From assembly GCA_951406725.2 (NCBI GenBank), contig OX597819.1:12400001-12464000 (forward strand): a stretch of 64,000 bases of DNA, given 5' to 3'. The notes below the pieces were generated by a model that was not told the DNA's origin, made no database searches, and worked only from the letters and a program-made list of their open reading frames with translations. This document shows, in pieces, positions 26,300 through 38,150 of the stretch. Source of the DNA: Octopus vulgaris (Eukaryota). Numbering within the stretch: the stretch's first letter is position 1; every line of letters starts with the position of its first letter. Both the position numbers and the translations under genes were made by a program.

Positions 26300-26309
26300 T
26301 TCCTTCTAT

Positions 26310-26344
26310 GTTTCCGACGAAGAGCTCTGCTCGAAACGTTAAAC
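26310..26344 (+). ncRNA. Minimal type-I hammerhead-ribozyme-like motif (Penelope-like element remnant)
   Basis: GTTT-CCGACGA-A-GAGC-tct-GCTC-GAAA-CG-TT-AAAC: stem I GTTT/AAAC, stem II GAGC/GCTC, core variant CCGA. Confidence 0.55.
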
Positions 26345-26487
26345 CCTCCTTCTTTCCTTCTTTCCTGAGCATCCAATAATACTATATTTGTTCCACGTCC
26401 TCGCGTTGTTGTGTTTTTTTGTGCTTTCTTGTTTGGATTAACTTTATATATATGTATATATGTATGTATGTATATGTGTGTATAGTC

Positions 26488-26817
26488 TTTTACTTGTTTC
26501 AGTCATTTCACTGCGGCCATGCTGGAGCATCGCTTTCAGTCGAGAAAATCGACCCTGGACTTATTCTATCAGTCTCTTTTACTGAACTGCTGAGTTATGG
26601 GGATGTAAACACACTATTGTCGGTTCTCAAGCGATGATGGGGAGACAAACACAGACACGGGTTTCTTTCAGTTTCCAACTACTGAATCCACTTACAACGC
26701 TTTGGTCAGCCTGAGGCTAAATTAGAAGACACCTGCCCAAGGTGCCACGTAGTGGGACTGAACCCAGAACCATGTGGTCGGTAAGCAAGCTACTTACCAC
26801 ACAGCCACTCCTGCACC
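26488..26817 (-). mobile_element. tRNA-derived SINE, family A
   Basis: Reverse complement of family A. Confidence 0.85.
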
Positions 26818-26889
26818 TACGAGTATATATATATATATATATATAGATGAGGTTTGATATCGAACCTCATCTGACGACAGGCACCTATG

Positions 26890-27383
26890 CCTACCCTCCT
26901 TTGCTTGCGAAGACCTGTTGGGGCAAGTGAAATCGGAATCGAAATTGAACGAATCCTATGACTGGCACCCGGCAGATGCCAGGACCCCTGGACTGGAGAT
27001 ACGTAAAAAGCACTATCCGAATCGTGGCCGATGCCAGCGCCGCCTCGACTGGCTTCCATGTCAGTGGCACGTAAAAAGCACCATCCGAATCGTGGCCGAA
27101 GCCAGTGCCACCTCGACTGGCTTCCGTGCAGGTGGCACGTAAAATGCACCAATCCGACCGTGGCCGATGCCAGCCTCGCCTGGTACCAGTGCAGGTGGCA
27201 CGTAAAAAGCACCCACTACACTCACGGAGTGGTTGGCATTAGGAAGGGCATCCAGCTGTAGAAACATTGCCAGATAAGACTGGAGCCTGGTGCAGCCTTC
27301 TGGCTTCCCAGACCCCCGGTCGAACCGTCCAACACATGCTAGCATGGAGAATGGACGTTAAACGATGATGATGATGATGATGA
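26890..27383 (+). mobile_element. RTE-tail-derived repeat with internal tandem units
   Basis: Homologous to about 12190-12798. Confidence 0.85.
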
Positions 27384-27405
27384 TATATATATATATATAC
27401 ATATA

Positions 27406-27781
27406 CTTGCAGTATCGCCCGGCGTTGCTCGGGTTTGTTTTGACCCTTTAGAGTTGGAATTTTAGAAAAGTAAAAACTTTGCATTATATAGCTTGTTATT
27501 CTCTTTAAGTGAACCCTTTTCTGTTTGAAATACACTGAAAAATGGCGACACAGCAGTCAAAAAATCGTAAAAAATAGGGATTTTCATAGAAAAAAAGCAC
27601 CTTTTTGATGTAAATTATTATTGGTCTTAACATGGTCCGATTTCAATTTTATCTTCTACGGAATGAAGAGCAAGCCTTCTTCTATCATACTCTCAATTTT
27701 GGTCAACTTGCACTGCAGGGTCTCGGAGGAGATAGTGTTAGTTGAAGGCTACCAAACCTGCCACACTCAGACAACTTCAGC

Positions 27782-27812
<31 letters not shown>
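27406..27812 (-). mobile_element. Non-autonomous Helitron-like element
   Basis: Same 3' hairpin terminus as 33731 (GCAGTATCGCCCGGCGTTGCTCGGG); the other end lies in a (TA)n run. Confidence 0.65.
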
Positions 27813-27816
<4 letters not shown>

Positions 27817-28217
27817 CATCATTATCATCATTTAACATCCACTTTCCATAAAGCAAGGATTGGATAGCTTGACATACACCCCCCCACACACACACACATA
27901 TATTCTCATGCATAAATACAATAATTCTAATGATCCATTGCTAAAGTACACTCCACTCTGTTCTTTGTTCTTTGTTCCTGAAATGTCAAGCCATCAACCT
28001 ATTTCTCACAGCAGTGCATTAGAAAACCGATCTGTCCCACAAGATAACTATTTTATGCTCCTCTGACACCGGTGACATACAGCTTCAATAAATGGAAGGG
28101 ACAGTACATAGTTGATTAACCCGCTAGAAACAGCAGCCAAACATCCTTCAAGTTACACACTCACCTTCCAAAATAGTCATTTTTAAAACAGACAAGGCCT
28201 GAAATTGGTGAGGGTGA

Positions 28218-28495
28218 GGATAAAGAGAGGGGGAGGGAATAAAGAGAGAGAGAGAGGGGATAAAGAGAGAGGAAGGGGATACAGAGAGAGGGAGGGGATA
28301 AAGAGAGGGAGAGATGATAAAGAGAAAGGGAGAGGATAAAGAGAGGGAGAGGGGATAAAGAGAGAGGGAGAGGATAAAGAGAGAGGAAGGGGATACAGAA
28401 AGAGGGAGGGGATAAAGAGAGGGGGAGGGGATAAAGAGAGAGACAGAGTGAGAGAGAGAGAGGGTGAGAGTGGGAGTGAGAGAGAGAGAGAGAGT
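28218..28495. repeat. Purine-rich (GA) low-complexity tandem repeat
   Basis: GGGGATAAAGAGAGAG-like units. Confidence 0.9.
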
Positions 28496-29061
28496 TGGTA
28501 TATCAATTTCAACACTGCCTGGTACTTATTTTATTTACATATGTATATGTATGTGTTTGTGAGTCTCCTCCTCTTGAGATCATCTAATAGAGATGTAAAT
28601 GAGTGTCACTGTCATACAAGCAGTGTCCTTCGTTTTCAATCTTCTGTGGAAACCTGTCTGGCCAATGGGGAAACATTACGCTGCCTGGCCCTGGCTCTCT
28701 GTTGGTTTCAACGATGAGTGTTCCAGTTGATAAAAGGAACCAAACAGCCAGTTCATGAAATTGATATGCAAGTGGCTGAGTACCCCACAGACATGCATAC
28801 TCTTAATGTAATCTTAAGGGAGATTTTGCATGACACAGAGTGTGGCAAGGTTGGCCCTTTTGAATTACAGGTACAACTCATTTTTGCTAGCTGAGGAGAC
28901 TGGAGCAATGAGAAATAAAGTGTCTAGCTCTAGAACAAAATATGTTGCTGGGAATTGAACTCACAACCTTATGATTGTGATCTAGATACCCTAACTACTA
29001 AGCCATGTGCCTTCACCACCTTGCCTGCAAACAGATAAGGGTTGGTGACAGGAAGAACATC

Positions 29062-29692
29062 CAGCCTCAACCAATTCCATCCAGTCTCAGCCAATTCCAT
29101 CTGGCCTCAGCCAATTCCATCCAGCCTCAACCAATTCTATCTGGCCTGAATCAATTGCATCTGGCCTCAACCAATTCCATCTGGCCTCAACCAATTCCAT
29201 CTGGCCTCAACCAATTCCATCCGACCTCAACCAATTCCATCTGGCCTCAACCAATTCTATCTGGCCTCAATTGCATCCAGTCTCAGCCAATTCCATCTGA
29301 CCTCAACCAATTCCATCCGACCTCAACCAATTCCATCTGGCCTCAACCAATTCCATCTGGCCTCAACCAATTCCATCTAGCCTCAGCCAATTCCATCTGG
29401 CCTCAACCAATTCCATCTGACCTCAACCAATTCTATCTGGCCTCAACCAATTCCATCTGACCTCAACCAATTCTATCTGGCCTCAACCAATTGCATCTAG
29501 CCTCAACCAATTTCATCTGGCCTCAACCAATTCCAGCCGACCTCAACCAATTCCATCTGGTCTCAACCAATTCCATCTGGTCTCAGCCAATTCCATCTGG
29601 CCTCAGCCAATTCCATCCAGCCTCAACCAATTCTATCTGACCTCAACCAATTGCATCTATTCGCAACCAATTCCATCTGGTCTCAACCAATT
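29062..29692. repeat. 20-bp minisatellite (CCAATTCCATCTGGCCTCAA), about 31 copies
   Basis: Direct tandem periodicity, embedded in a (GAT)n-tailed repeat. Confidence 0.95.
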
Positions 29693-30102
29693 CCCATGCA
29701 AGCATGAGAAAGGTGGACATTGAAGATGATGATACAATAATGATGTTAGGAATATAAATTTTGATTGAAGGCTTTTATTTCGATCCCTTTGTCTCACAGA
29801 TCCAGTTTTTGGTAGGTTGGTATTAAAAGGGTTTAAGGGGAAAAGATAAAGTAGTTTTAGAGAAACTATATCTGAATAAAGAAAGTGATGGTCACGGCTG
29901 GAATGTTTGCTTGAGGAAGATTAACCTAGGGCTAAACAACAGTAGCATATATCAACGCTACAAATCAGGGTATCAGGTTTAAGGTTAACGTGACTCCATT
30001 TTCTGTTTGTGTCTGGGTATTTGTAAAGAGTAGCACCTTCTTACCTCATCCCGATACCAGTACAACCGACCTCATACACACACACACACACACATAGACA
30101 CG

Positions 30103-30147
<45 letters not shown>

Positions 30148-30323
30148 CAACCCTCAGAGAACATCATAGTGCAGAATTTTGGCAAGAAACATCACGACCT
30201 AAATACATTCAAGGTTCATGGCTGCTGTTATTGCTGCTGCTGCTGTTGCTACTGGTGCTGGATGGTGGGGATGGTGATGGTGGTGATGGTGAAGAGATAA
30301 GTGTAGAAGGAGGATAACAGTAG

Positions 30324-30772
30324 TTGATAATCATGATTGTAATGATGTTGACGACGACGATGATAATGATGACGATGAAGATGATGATGATGATAATGAT
30401 GATGACGATGATGATGATGATGACGATGATGATGATGATGACGATGATGATGATGATGACGATGATGATGATGATGACGATGATGATGATGAAGAAGATG
30501 ATGATGAAGGTGATGGTGATGATGATGATGACGATGATGACGATGATGATGATGAAGAAGATGATGATGAAGGAGATGGTGATGATGATGATGACGATGA
30601 TGACGATGAAGATGATGATGAAGATGAAGATGATAATGAAGGTGATGATGATGAGGATGATGATGATGAAGATGATGATGATGAAGATGGCGATGATGAT
30701 GATGATGAAGATGATGATGAAGATGATGATGATGAAGATGATGATGAAGATGATGATGATGATGATGATGAA

Positions 30773-30808
<36 letters not shown>

Positions 30809-30961
30809 GATGATGATGATGAAGATGATGAAGATGATGATGATGATGATGATGATGATGAAGATGATGATGATGATGATGATGATGAAGATGATGATGA
30901 AGATGATGATGATGAAGATGATGATGATGATGATGATGATGATGAAGATGATTATGATGAA

Positions 30962-31003
<42 letters not shown>

Positions 31004-31030
31004 GATGATGATGATGATGGCGATGATAAT
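30324..31030. repeat. Long imperfect (GAT)n trinucleotide tract
   Basis: GAT with GAA/GAC interruptions over about 700 bp. Confidence 0.97.
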
Positions 31031-31690
31031 GTTGATTGTGGGGACGAAGACAGTTATGATGGTCGTGGTGGGGTTGATAATAATAAGCGGTGCCATAATA
31101 ATTTTTCAAATCTCATATTTTCACTAATGATGATGATAATGACGATGAAGATAATTATGATGATGGTGATGGTGGTGATGCTGACTTGTACTTTAGTTGT
31201 GATTCACTCTTTCATTTCAGGATAATTTCTTAGCTTTACTCTGGTACTGAGGAGTTACGAGCCGACACGGGAAGCCTCTATATGTTCGTTTGAAATGCTA
31301 GAAATAGCAGTCAGGCTTTCTTTAATGACAACATGCCGTTTCAAAAGCTGGACACATTGCATAATGTTAATATTGATAAACCAAATCAGAATAAAACACA
31401 AGATGGTCATAGCTATTGACCCCAGCTGGAAATGGAGCTCCCTGTCTGGAAATGAGAAGGAGACCTTCGATAATTTGGTTCTTGAAAACTTTTGTTGTTT
31501 ACTTGTTTCTCTTACTAGACTGTGGCCATACTGGGGCACCATCTTGAAGGAATTAGTCAAACAAATCGATCCCAGTATTTGTTTTTAAGTCAGGTGTTTA
31601 TTCTATCGATATCTTTTGTCAAACTGCTAAGCTGTGGGGATGCAAACAAGCCAACAGCAGTGGTCAAGTGATGGTGGGAGACAAACTCAG

Positions 31691-31726
<36 letters not shown>

Positions 31727-31869
31727 TTACATACATACATACATACATACATACACAGCACATACATACACACATATTATATAGATTAGTGACTTTAGAC
31801 TTGGGACTAGAAGGTTCCAAGGACACAAGCCAATATGGGTAAGAAGGTTGTGAAAACTTAAGGATCCTT

Positions 31870-32790
31870 CAACATAGAGATATTGTAATAGAGCCATTTG
31901 ACAAGAAGGAGGAAGAGACAGAGATGTATGACACAGAGGAGAACTGGAAGTTCTTACCGGATAACCTATTGAGGGTGACAGACCAAGTCTGCAACTGGAG
32001 AAAAGCTTCTGCCAGACCAAGGGTCACACGATGGCGGAACAGTGAGATTGAAAGGGCCATAAAAGAGAAGATACAGGTTTGGAAAGTGTGGAAGAGTGGA
32101 GGTAAAAAAGAACCGTATCAAGTAGCTAAAAGGGAAGCTAGGCAAGTGTATTAATTTTGTCATGTGGTTACCAGCGTCGCCTTACTGGCACTTGTGCCCG
32201 TGCTAGTAGGGTGCCAAGAACACAATCCGAGCTTGATCATTGCCAGAGCAGCCAACTGGCTTCTGTGCCGGTGGCATGTAAAAGGGCACATCATTCGAGC
32301 GTGATCGTTACCAACGTCGCCTTACTGGCACCTGTGCTGGTGGCATGTGTAAAAAGATTCGAGCGAGATCATTGCCAGTACTGCCTGGCTGGCCCCCATG
32401 CCGGTGGCACGTAAAAAGCACCTGCTACACTCTCAGAGTGGTTAGGAAGGGGATCCAGCTGTAGAAACTCTGCCAGATCAAGATTGGAGCCCGGTGCAGC
32501 CATCTGGTTTGCCAGCCCTCAGTCAAATCGTCCAACCCATGCTAGCATGGAAAGTGGACGTTAAACGATGATGCTGATGATGATGATGATGATGATGTGT
32601 ATAGATGAGGACAATTGCATAAAGAAGTACTTATTGCTTAAAATGGATGGAACTTGTGGTAAAGAGAGACCCAGAAAGATATGGGACAAAGTACTGAAGG
32701 CTGATCCGCAGATGCTGAACCTTACAGAGATGATGACAAAGGACTGAGATTATTGGCATTTTGCTGTGCTTGAGGAAACCTGTCCATTTT
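31870..32790 (+). pseudogene. RTE LINE fragments with an embedded tail-derived repeat (about 32160-32596)
   Basis: WKFL.DNLLRVTDQVC.W...VTRWRN, then G.CGKERPRKIW. Confidence 0.65.
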
Positions 32791-33130
32791 AGCATTCATT
32801 CATCCTTCAACATGGTTGAACAACCGATTCCAACCTGTCAGGATTCACACTATGGATTGTATTACAGTTCTATATTTAAGAGATGAAAAATACACTTAGG
32901 ACATAAATCACCCTAAATGCTTTTATCAAGTTTACAGTGGCAATTTCTGACTTCCAATCTGTGGTTCCTATTTAAAGCAAGGAGAACTCTGGTCATCAAA
33001 AGTTAAGAGTCTTGACTGTTTACACATTGAGGAACCAGAAACCATAGACAATGCCAATATCTTATTTTTCTGTTATTAATATCAACTTGACCTTACATTC
33101 TTTCTCTTAAGATATTCACTATTAAAATCT

Positions 33131-33520
33131 GGAGGCGCAATGGCCCAGTGGTTAGGGCAGCGGACTCGCGGTCATAGGATCGCGGTTTCGATTCCCAGAC
33201 TGGGCGTTGTGAGTGTTTATTGAGCGAAAACACCTAAAGCTCCACGAGGCTCCGGCAGGGGATGGTGGTGATCCCTGCTGTACTCTTTCACCACAACTTT
33301 CTCTCACTCTTACTTCCTGTTTCTGTTGTGCCTGTATTTCAAAGGGCCAGCCTTGTCACACTCTGTGTCATGCTGAATCTCCCTGAGAATTACGTTCAGG
33401 GTACACGTGTTAGTGGAATGCTCAGCCACTGACACGTTAATGTCACGAGCAGGCTGTTCCGTTGATTCGGATCAACCGGAACCCTCGTCGTCGTAACCGA
33501 CGGTGTGCTTCCATCCATCC
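33131..33520 (+). mobile_element. tRNA-derived SINE, family B, full length with TSD
   Basis: A box TGGCCCAGTGG, B box GTTTCGATTCC; TSD ATTAAAATCT at 33121-33130 and 33521-33530; copies at 56765-57130 (+) and 62062-62357 (-). Confidence 0.9.
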
Positions 33521-33730
33521 ATTAAAATCTAATTTAAACAACAGCTGAATCTCCCCGAAATCACACCTCAATGTCTTGCAAAAAGGAAAAGAAATATTAG
33601 ACAATATATTCCTAGATATTCTTAAAAAGACTGGATGGCCATGGCTAGAGTGACTTTGTTCATAGTTCTGCTCAGTCACAGTTGACCTGGGTTTAATCAA
33701 CAATCAACCTAGGAATACATTTATCTGAAA

Positions 33731-34128
33731 CTAGCAGTATCGCCCGGCGTTGCTCGGGTTTGTAAGGGAAATAACTATATAAGCATTTTTAGAGATGTAA
33801 AGTATAATAGCCATCTCAATATGGCTAACCACAAAGGGGGGTGGTGTTACTGTAGCTTTTTACGTTCTGAGATTTAATAATACATTTTTAGAGAGTTACT
33901 TCCCTTATATAATAGCGAAAAAATGCATTAAAAATGGGAAAAAATGATGGTAAATTTTTTTTTAAATCATAGACTCATTGTAGACACGCACTAATACCCA
34001 GAAGGGCTCGATATGAATCACGACTATAAGATACCCGGTTTTGGTTACACTGCACCGCACAATGTGGGAGTAGTTAGGAATCTAAATCGTAGGAGACAGA
34101 CACACAACTTCACTTTTATATATAAAGA
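33731..34128 (-). mobile_element. Non-autonomous Helitron
   Basis: Minus strand A|TCTTTATATATAAAAG ... CCCGAGCAACGCCGGG hairpin ... CTAG|T. Confidence 0.8.
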
Positions 34129-34412
34129 TATATTCCTAGATATTCTTAAAAAGACTGGATGGCCATGGCTAGAATGACTTTGTTCATAGTTCTGCTCAGT
34201 CACAGTTGACCTGGGTTTAATCAACAATCAACCTAGGAATACATTTATCTGAAATATTCTTACATAGAGATTTACGTACCACTAACTTTTATAACTATTT
34301 TCCTGTTTTACAAAAATACAGAAAAAAAACCTTCACCTTTAAACACTGCAGCTGTTTAAGTTTATGGCAGTCTGGCAAGAAACCAAATGATGTCAGCTTT
34401 AAACAAACATTA

Positions 34413-35028
34413 TTAACCCTTTAGCATTCAGACGTTTGGATTACTCTGTCAAATGTAATTCTTATATATTCACATTGTTTTGAATTAATCATACGTGATC
34501 TCGTAGCTTTGAGGTTTTGATGATGTGATTACTCTTTTACTTGTTTCAGTCATTTGACTGTGGCCATGCTGGAGCACCGCCTTTAGCCGAGCAAATCGAC
34601 CCTAGGACTTATTCTTTGGAAGCCTAGTACTTATTCTATCGGTCTCTTTTGCCGAACCGCTACCACCATCGATTGTCAAGTGATGTTGAGGGCAAACAAA
34701 GACACAAACATACATATATATATATATATATACATATATATGACGGGCTTCTTTCAGTTTCCGTCTACCAAATGTACTCACAAGGCTTTGGTTGACCCTA
34801 GGCTATAGTAGAAGACACTTGCCCAAGGTGCCACGCAGTGGGACTAAACCTGGAACCATGTGGTTCATAAGCAAGCTACTTACTACTCAGCTACTCCTAT
34901 GCCTATGATTGTTTATTATTACAATGACATTATAGGATAAATGTGAGAAGCTGGACACGGCCAGTTTGAACATAAAACAGGTGAAATATTTGAGCTGGAT
35001 GTGGTTGGTTTAAACGTTAAAGGGTTAA
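34413..35028. mobile_element. TTAA MITE interrupted by a family A SINE (34531-34903, minus)
   Basis: TTAACCCTTTAGCATTCAGA...AAAGGGTTAA; uninterrupted relatives at 46372-46598, 46691-46919 and 48261-48488. Confidence 0.75.
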
Positions 35029-36487
35029 AACACAAGTTTGATTCTCAGATGAATTTATGTCTTTTTTTTCACCCCTAAAAACAATTTGTGAAAGTTTTCT
35101 TTAGCCATGTGGAGGACAAATAATTGTAACCTATCCTAACAGCTCTGTAATTCCTGGAATTTTAACATCAAGGCAGTTTTTTTTAAAAACCAATTGCTTA
35201 AACATTTTTCTCTTTTTTTTTTAAATAGCAGGTTAACAGGTTGCATATATGGAAGATTGTAGTTATTCTTGAAGGGCTGTCAGTCACTTGTTATAGAAAC
35301 AGGAACCATTTTAGTATCATGGAAAATTCCATGTGCGAAAGAACCCGAGGTGTTTCTCTGCTAAGAAAAATTATGAATACTTTTACAAGTTTATAAATAT
35401 GTAACCAATATTAGTTCCAAATTTTGGCATAAGGGCAGGAATTTTAGTGGAGGGGATAAGTCAATTTCATCGACCTCAGTCTTCAACTGGTACTTATTTT
35501 ATTGACCCTGAAAGGATAGAAGGTAACGTTGACCTCAGTGGAATTAGAACTCAGATCAAAAACACAGGCAAAATGCTACAAAGCATTTTGTCCAGAGTGT
35601 TAACAATTCCGATGGCTGACCACTTTACGATTGTTACTAATATTAACCCTTTCGTTATTGTATTTATTTTGAGATGCTCTGTATTTCTTTCAATTACTTT
35701 AAATATAACAAAGAATTTAGTAAAATAACTTTGTTATCATTGAGCTAGTGTTAAGAACATAAATTGTGACTATGGTTTGGTGGAAGATTTTAATTCAAAA
35801 CTTATGGAAACAAGACATTTGTACTAGAGCCAGAGGTGGTTTCAGCCAGGTTTGTAATGAAAGGGTTAATCTACCATTTTGGTCTTAAGGTTTAAGCCTT
35901 TTTCTTTTTATACTGGTTTTTAGAGGGAGCAGTTGGTTTAAAATTTATTAGTGGGCAAAATTTTGCTTATGACTGAAGGATTTCTTACCCCAACATGTTA
36001 GAAATAGTAGCCAAAAGTATTAAATTATATTTCCTTGTTTTACAAAAAGAAGGCCACATTGGGGTAACAGAAATAGTTTAGATAACAAGTGTGCTCCATC
36101 AGGGGAGCTGGCCTGTGGTTAAACAGTGGCAATAACTAAATCTTGAATCAAGTATCAGGCTGATGCTTCTAAGGAAGGGGTTATACTTGGATCTACTTTA
36201 ATATCATCGTCGTTTAATGTCCGCTTTCCATGCTGGCCTGGTTTGGACAGTTTGACTGAGGCCTGGCAAGCCAGAAGGCTGCACCAGGCTCCAATCTGAT
36301 CTGGCAAGGTTTCTACAGCTGGATGTCCTTCCTGATGACAACCACTTCGAGAGTATAGTGGGTGCTTTGTACATGCCACCAGCATGAGGGCCAGTCAGGC
36401 GGTACTGGCAACAGCCACACTCAAGTGGTGTTTTTTTACATGCCACCAGCACAGGTCTAGTCAGCTGGCACTGGCATCGACCTTGCT

Positions 36488-38150
36488 CAAATGGTGCTTT
36501 TTACGTGCCACCAGCATGGAGCGCTGGCAATGACCATGCTCAAATGGTGCTTTTTACGTGCCACCAGCATGGAGATCTGGCAATGACCATGCTCGAATGG
36601 TGCTTTTTACGTGCCACCAGCATGGAGCGCTGGCAATGACCATGCTCGAATGGTGCTTTTTACGTGCCACCAGCATGGAGCGCTGGCAATGACCATGCTC
36701 AAATGGTGGTTTTTACGTGCCACCAGCATGGAGAGCTGGCAATGACCATGCTCGAATGGTGCTTTTTACGTGCCACCAGCATGGAGCGCTGGCAATGACC
36801 ATGCTCGAATGGTGCTTTTTACGTGCCACCAGCATGGAGCGCTGGCAATGACCATGCTCAAATGGTGCTTTTTACGTGCCACCAGCATGGAGAGCTGGCA
36901 ATGACCATGCTCGAATGGTGCTTTTTACGTGCCACCAGCATGGAGCGCTGGCAATGACCATGCTCAAATGGTGCTTTTTACGTGCCACCAGCATGGAGAG
37001 CTGGCAATGACCATGCTCGAATGGTGCTTTTTACGTGCCACCAGCATGGAGCGCTGGCAATGACCATGCTCGAATGGTGCTTTTTACGTGCCACCAGCAT
37101 GGAGCGCTGGCAATGACCATGCTCAAATGGTGCTTTTTACGTGCCACCAGCATGGAGAGCTGGCAATGACCATGCTCGAATGGTGCTTTTTACGTGCCAC
37201 CAGCATGGAGCGCTGGCAATGACCATGCTCAAATGGTGCTTTTTACGTGCCACCAGCATGGAGAGCTGGCAATGACCATGCTCGAATGGTGCTTTACGTG
37301 CCACCAGCATGGAGCGCTGGCAATGACCATGCTCGAATGGTGCTTTTTACGTGCCACCAGCATGGAGCGCTGGCAATGACCATGCTCAAATGGTGCTTTT
37401 TACGTGCCACCAGCATGGAGAGCTGGCAATGACCATGCTCGAATGGTGCTTTTTACGTGCCACCAGCATGGAGCGCTGGCAATGACCATGCTCAAATGGT
37501 GCTTTTTACGTGCCACCAGCATGGAGCGCTGGCAATGACCATGCTCGAATGGTGCTTTTTACGTGCCACCAGCATGGAGCGCTGGCATCGACCTTGCTCA
37601 AATGGTGCTTTTTACGTGCCACCAGCATGGAGCGCTGGCAATGACCATGCTCGAATGGTGCTTTTTACGTGCCACCAGCATGGAGCGCTGGCAATGACCA
37701 TGCTCAAATGGTGCTTTTTACGTGCCACCAGCATGGAGCGCTGGCAATGACCATGCTCAAATGGTGCTTTTTACGTGCCACCAGCATGGAGCGCTGGCAA
37801 TGACCATGCTCGAATGGTGCTTTTTACGTGCCACCAGCATGGAGCGCTGGCATCGACCTTGCTCAAATGGTGCTTTTTACGTGCCACCAGCATGGAGCGC
37901 TGGCAATGACCATGCTCGAATGGTGCTTTTTACGTGCCACCAGCATGGAGCGCTGGCAATGACCATGCTCAAATGGTGCTTTTTACGTGCCACCAGCATG
38001 GAGCGCTGGCAATGACCATGCTCGAATGGTGCTTTTTACGTGCCACCAGCATGGAGCGCTGGCATCGACCTTGCTCAAATGGTGCTTTTTACGTGCCACC
38101 AGCATGGAGCGCTGGCAATGACCATGCTCGAATGGTGCTTTTTATGTGCC
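36488..38150. repeat. 53-bp tandem satellite, about 31 copies, inside an RTE-tail-derived repeat (36204-38360, minus)
   Basis: Unit C(A/G)AATGGTGCTTTTTACGTGCCACCAGCATGGAG(C/A)GCTGGCAATGACCATGCT. Confidence 0.97.

Noticed and set aside
30209-31127. Long poly-His, poly-Ile and poly-Met ORFs
   Set aside because: Translations of a (GAT)n microsatellite with no splice or homology support.
33131-33200. tRNA genes at SINE heads (also 42626-42700 and family A/C heads)
   Set aside because: A and B boxes are present but there is no complete cloverleaf, and they are fused to repeat bodies.
36488-38150. CRISPR-like regular array
   Set aside because: Units are contiguous near-identical 53-mers with no unique spacers, there are no cas genes, and the context is eukaryotic.
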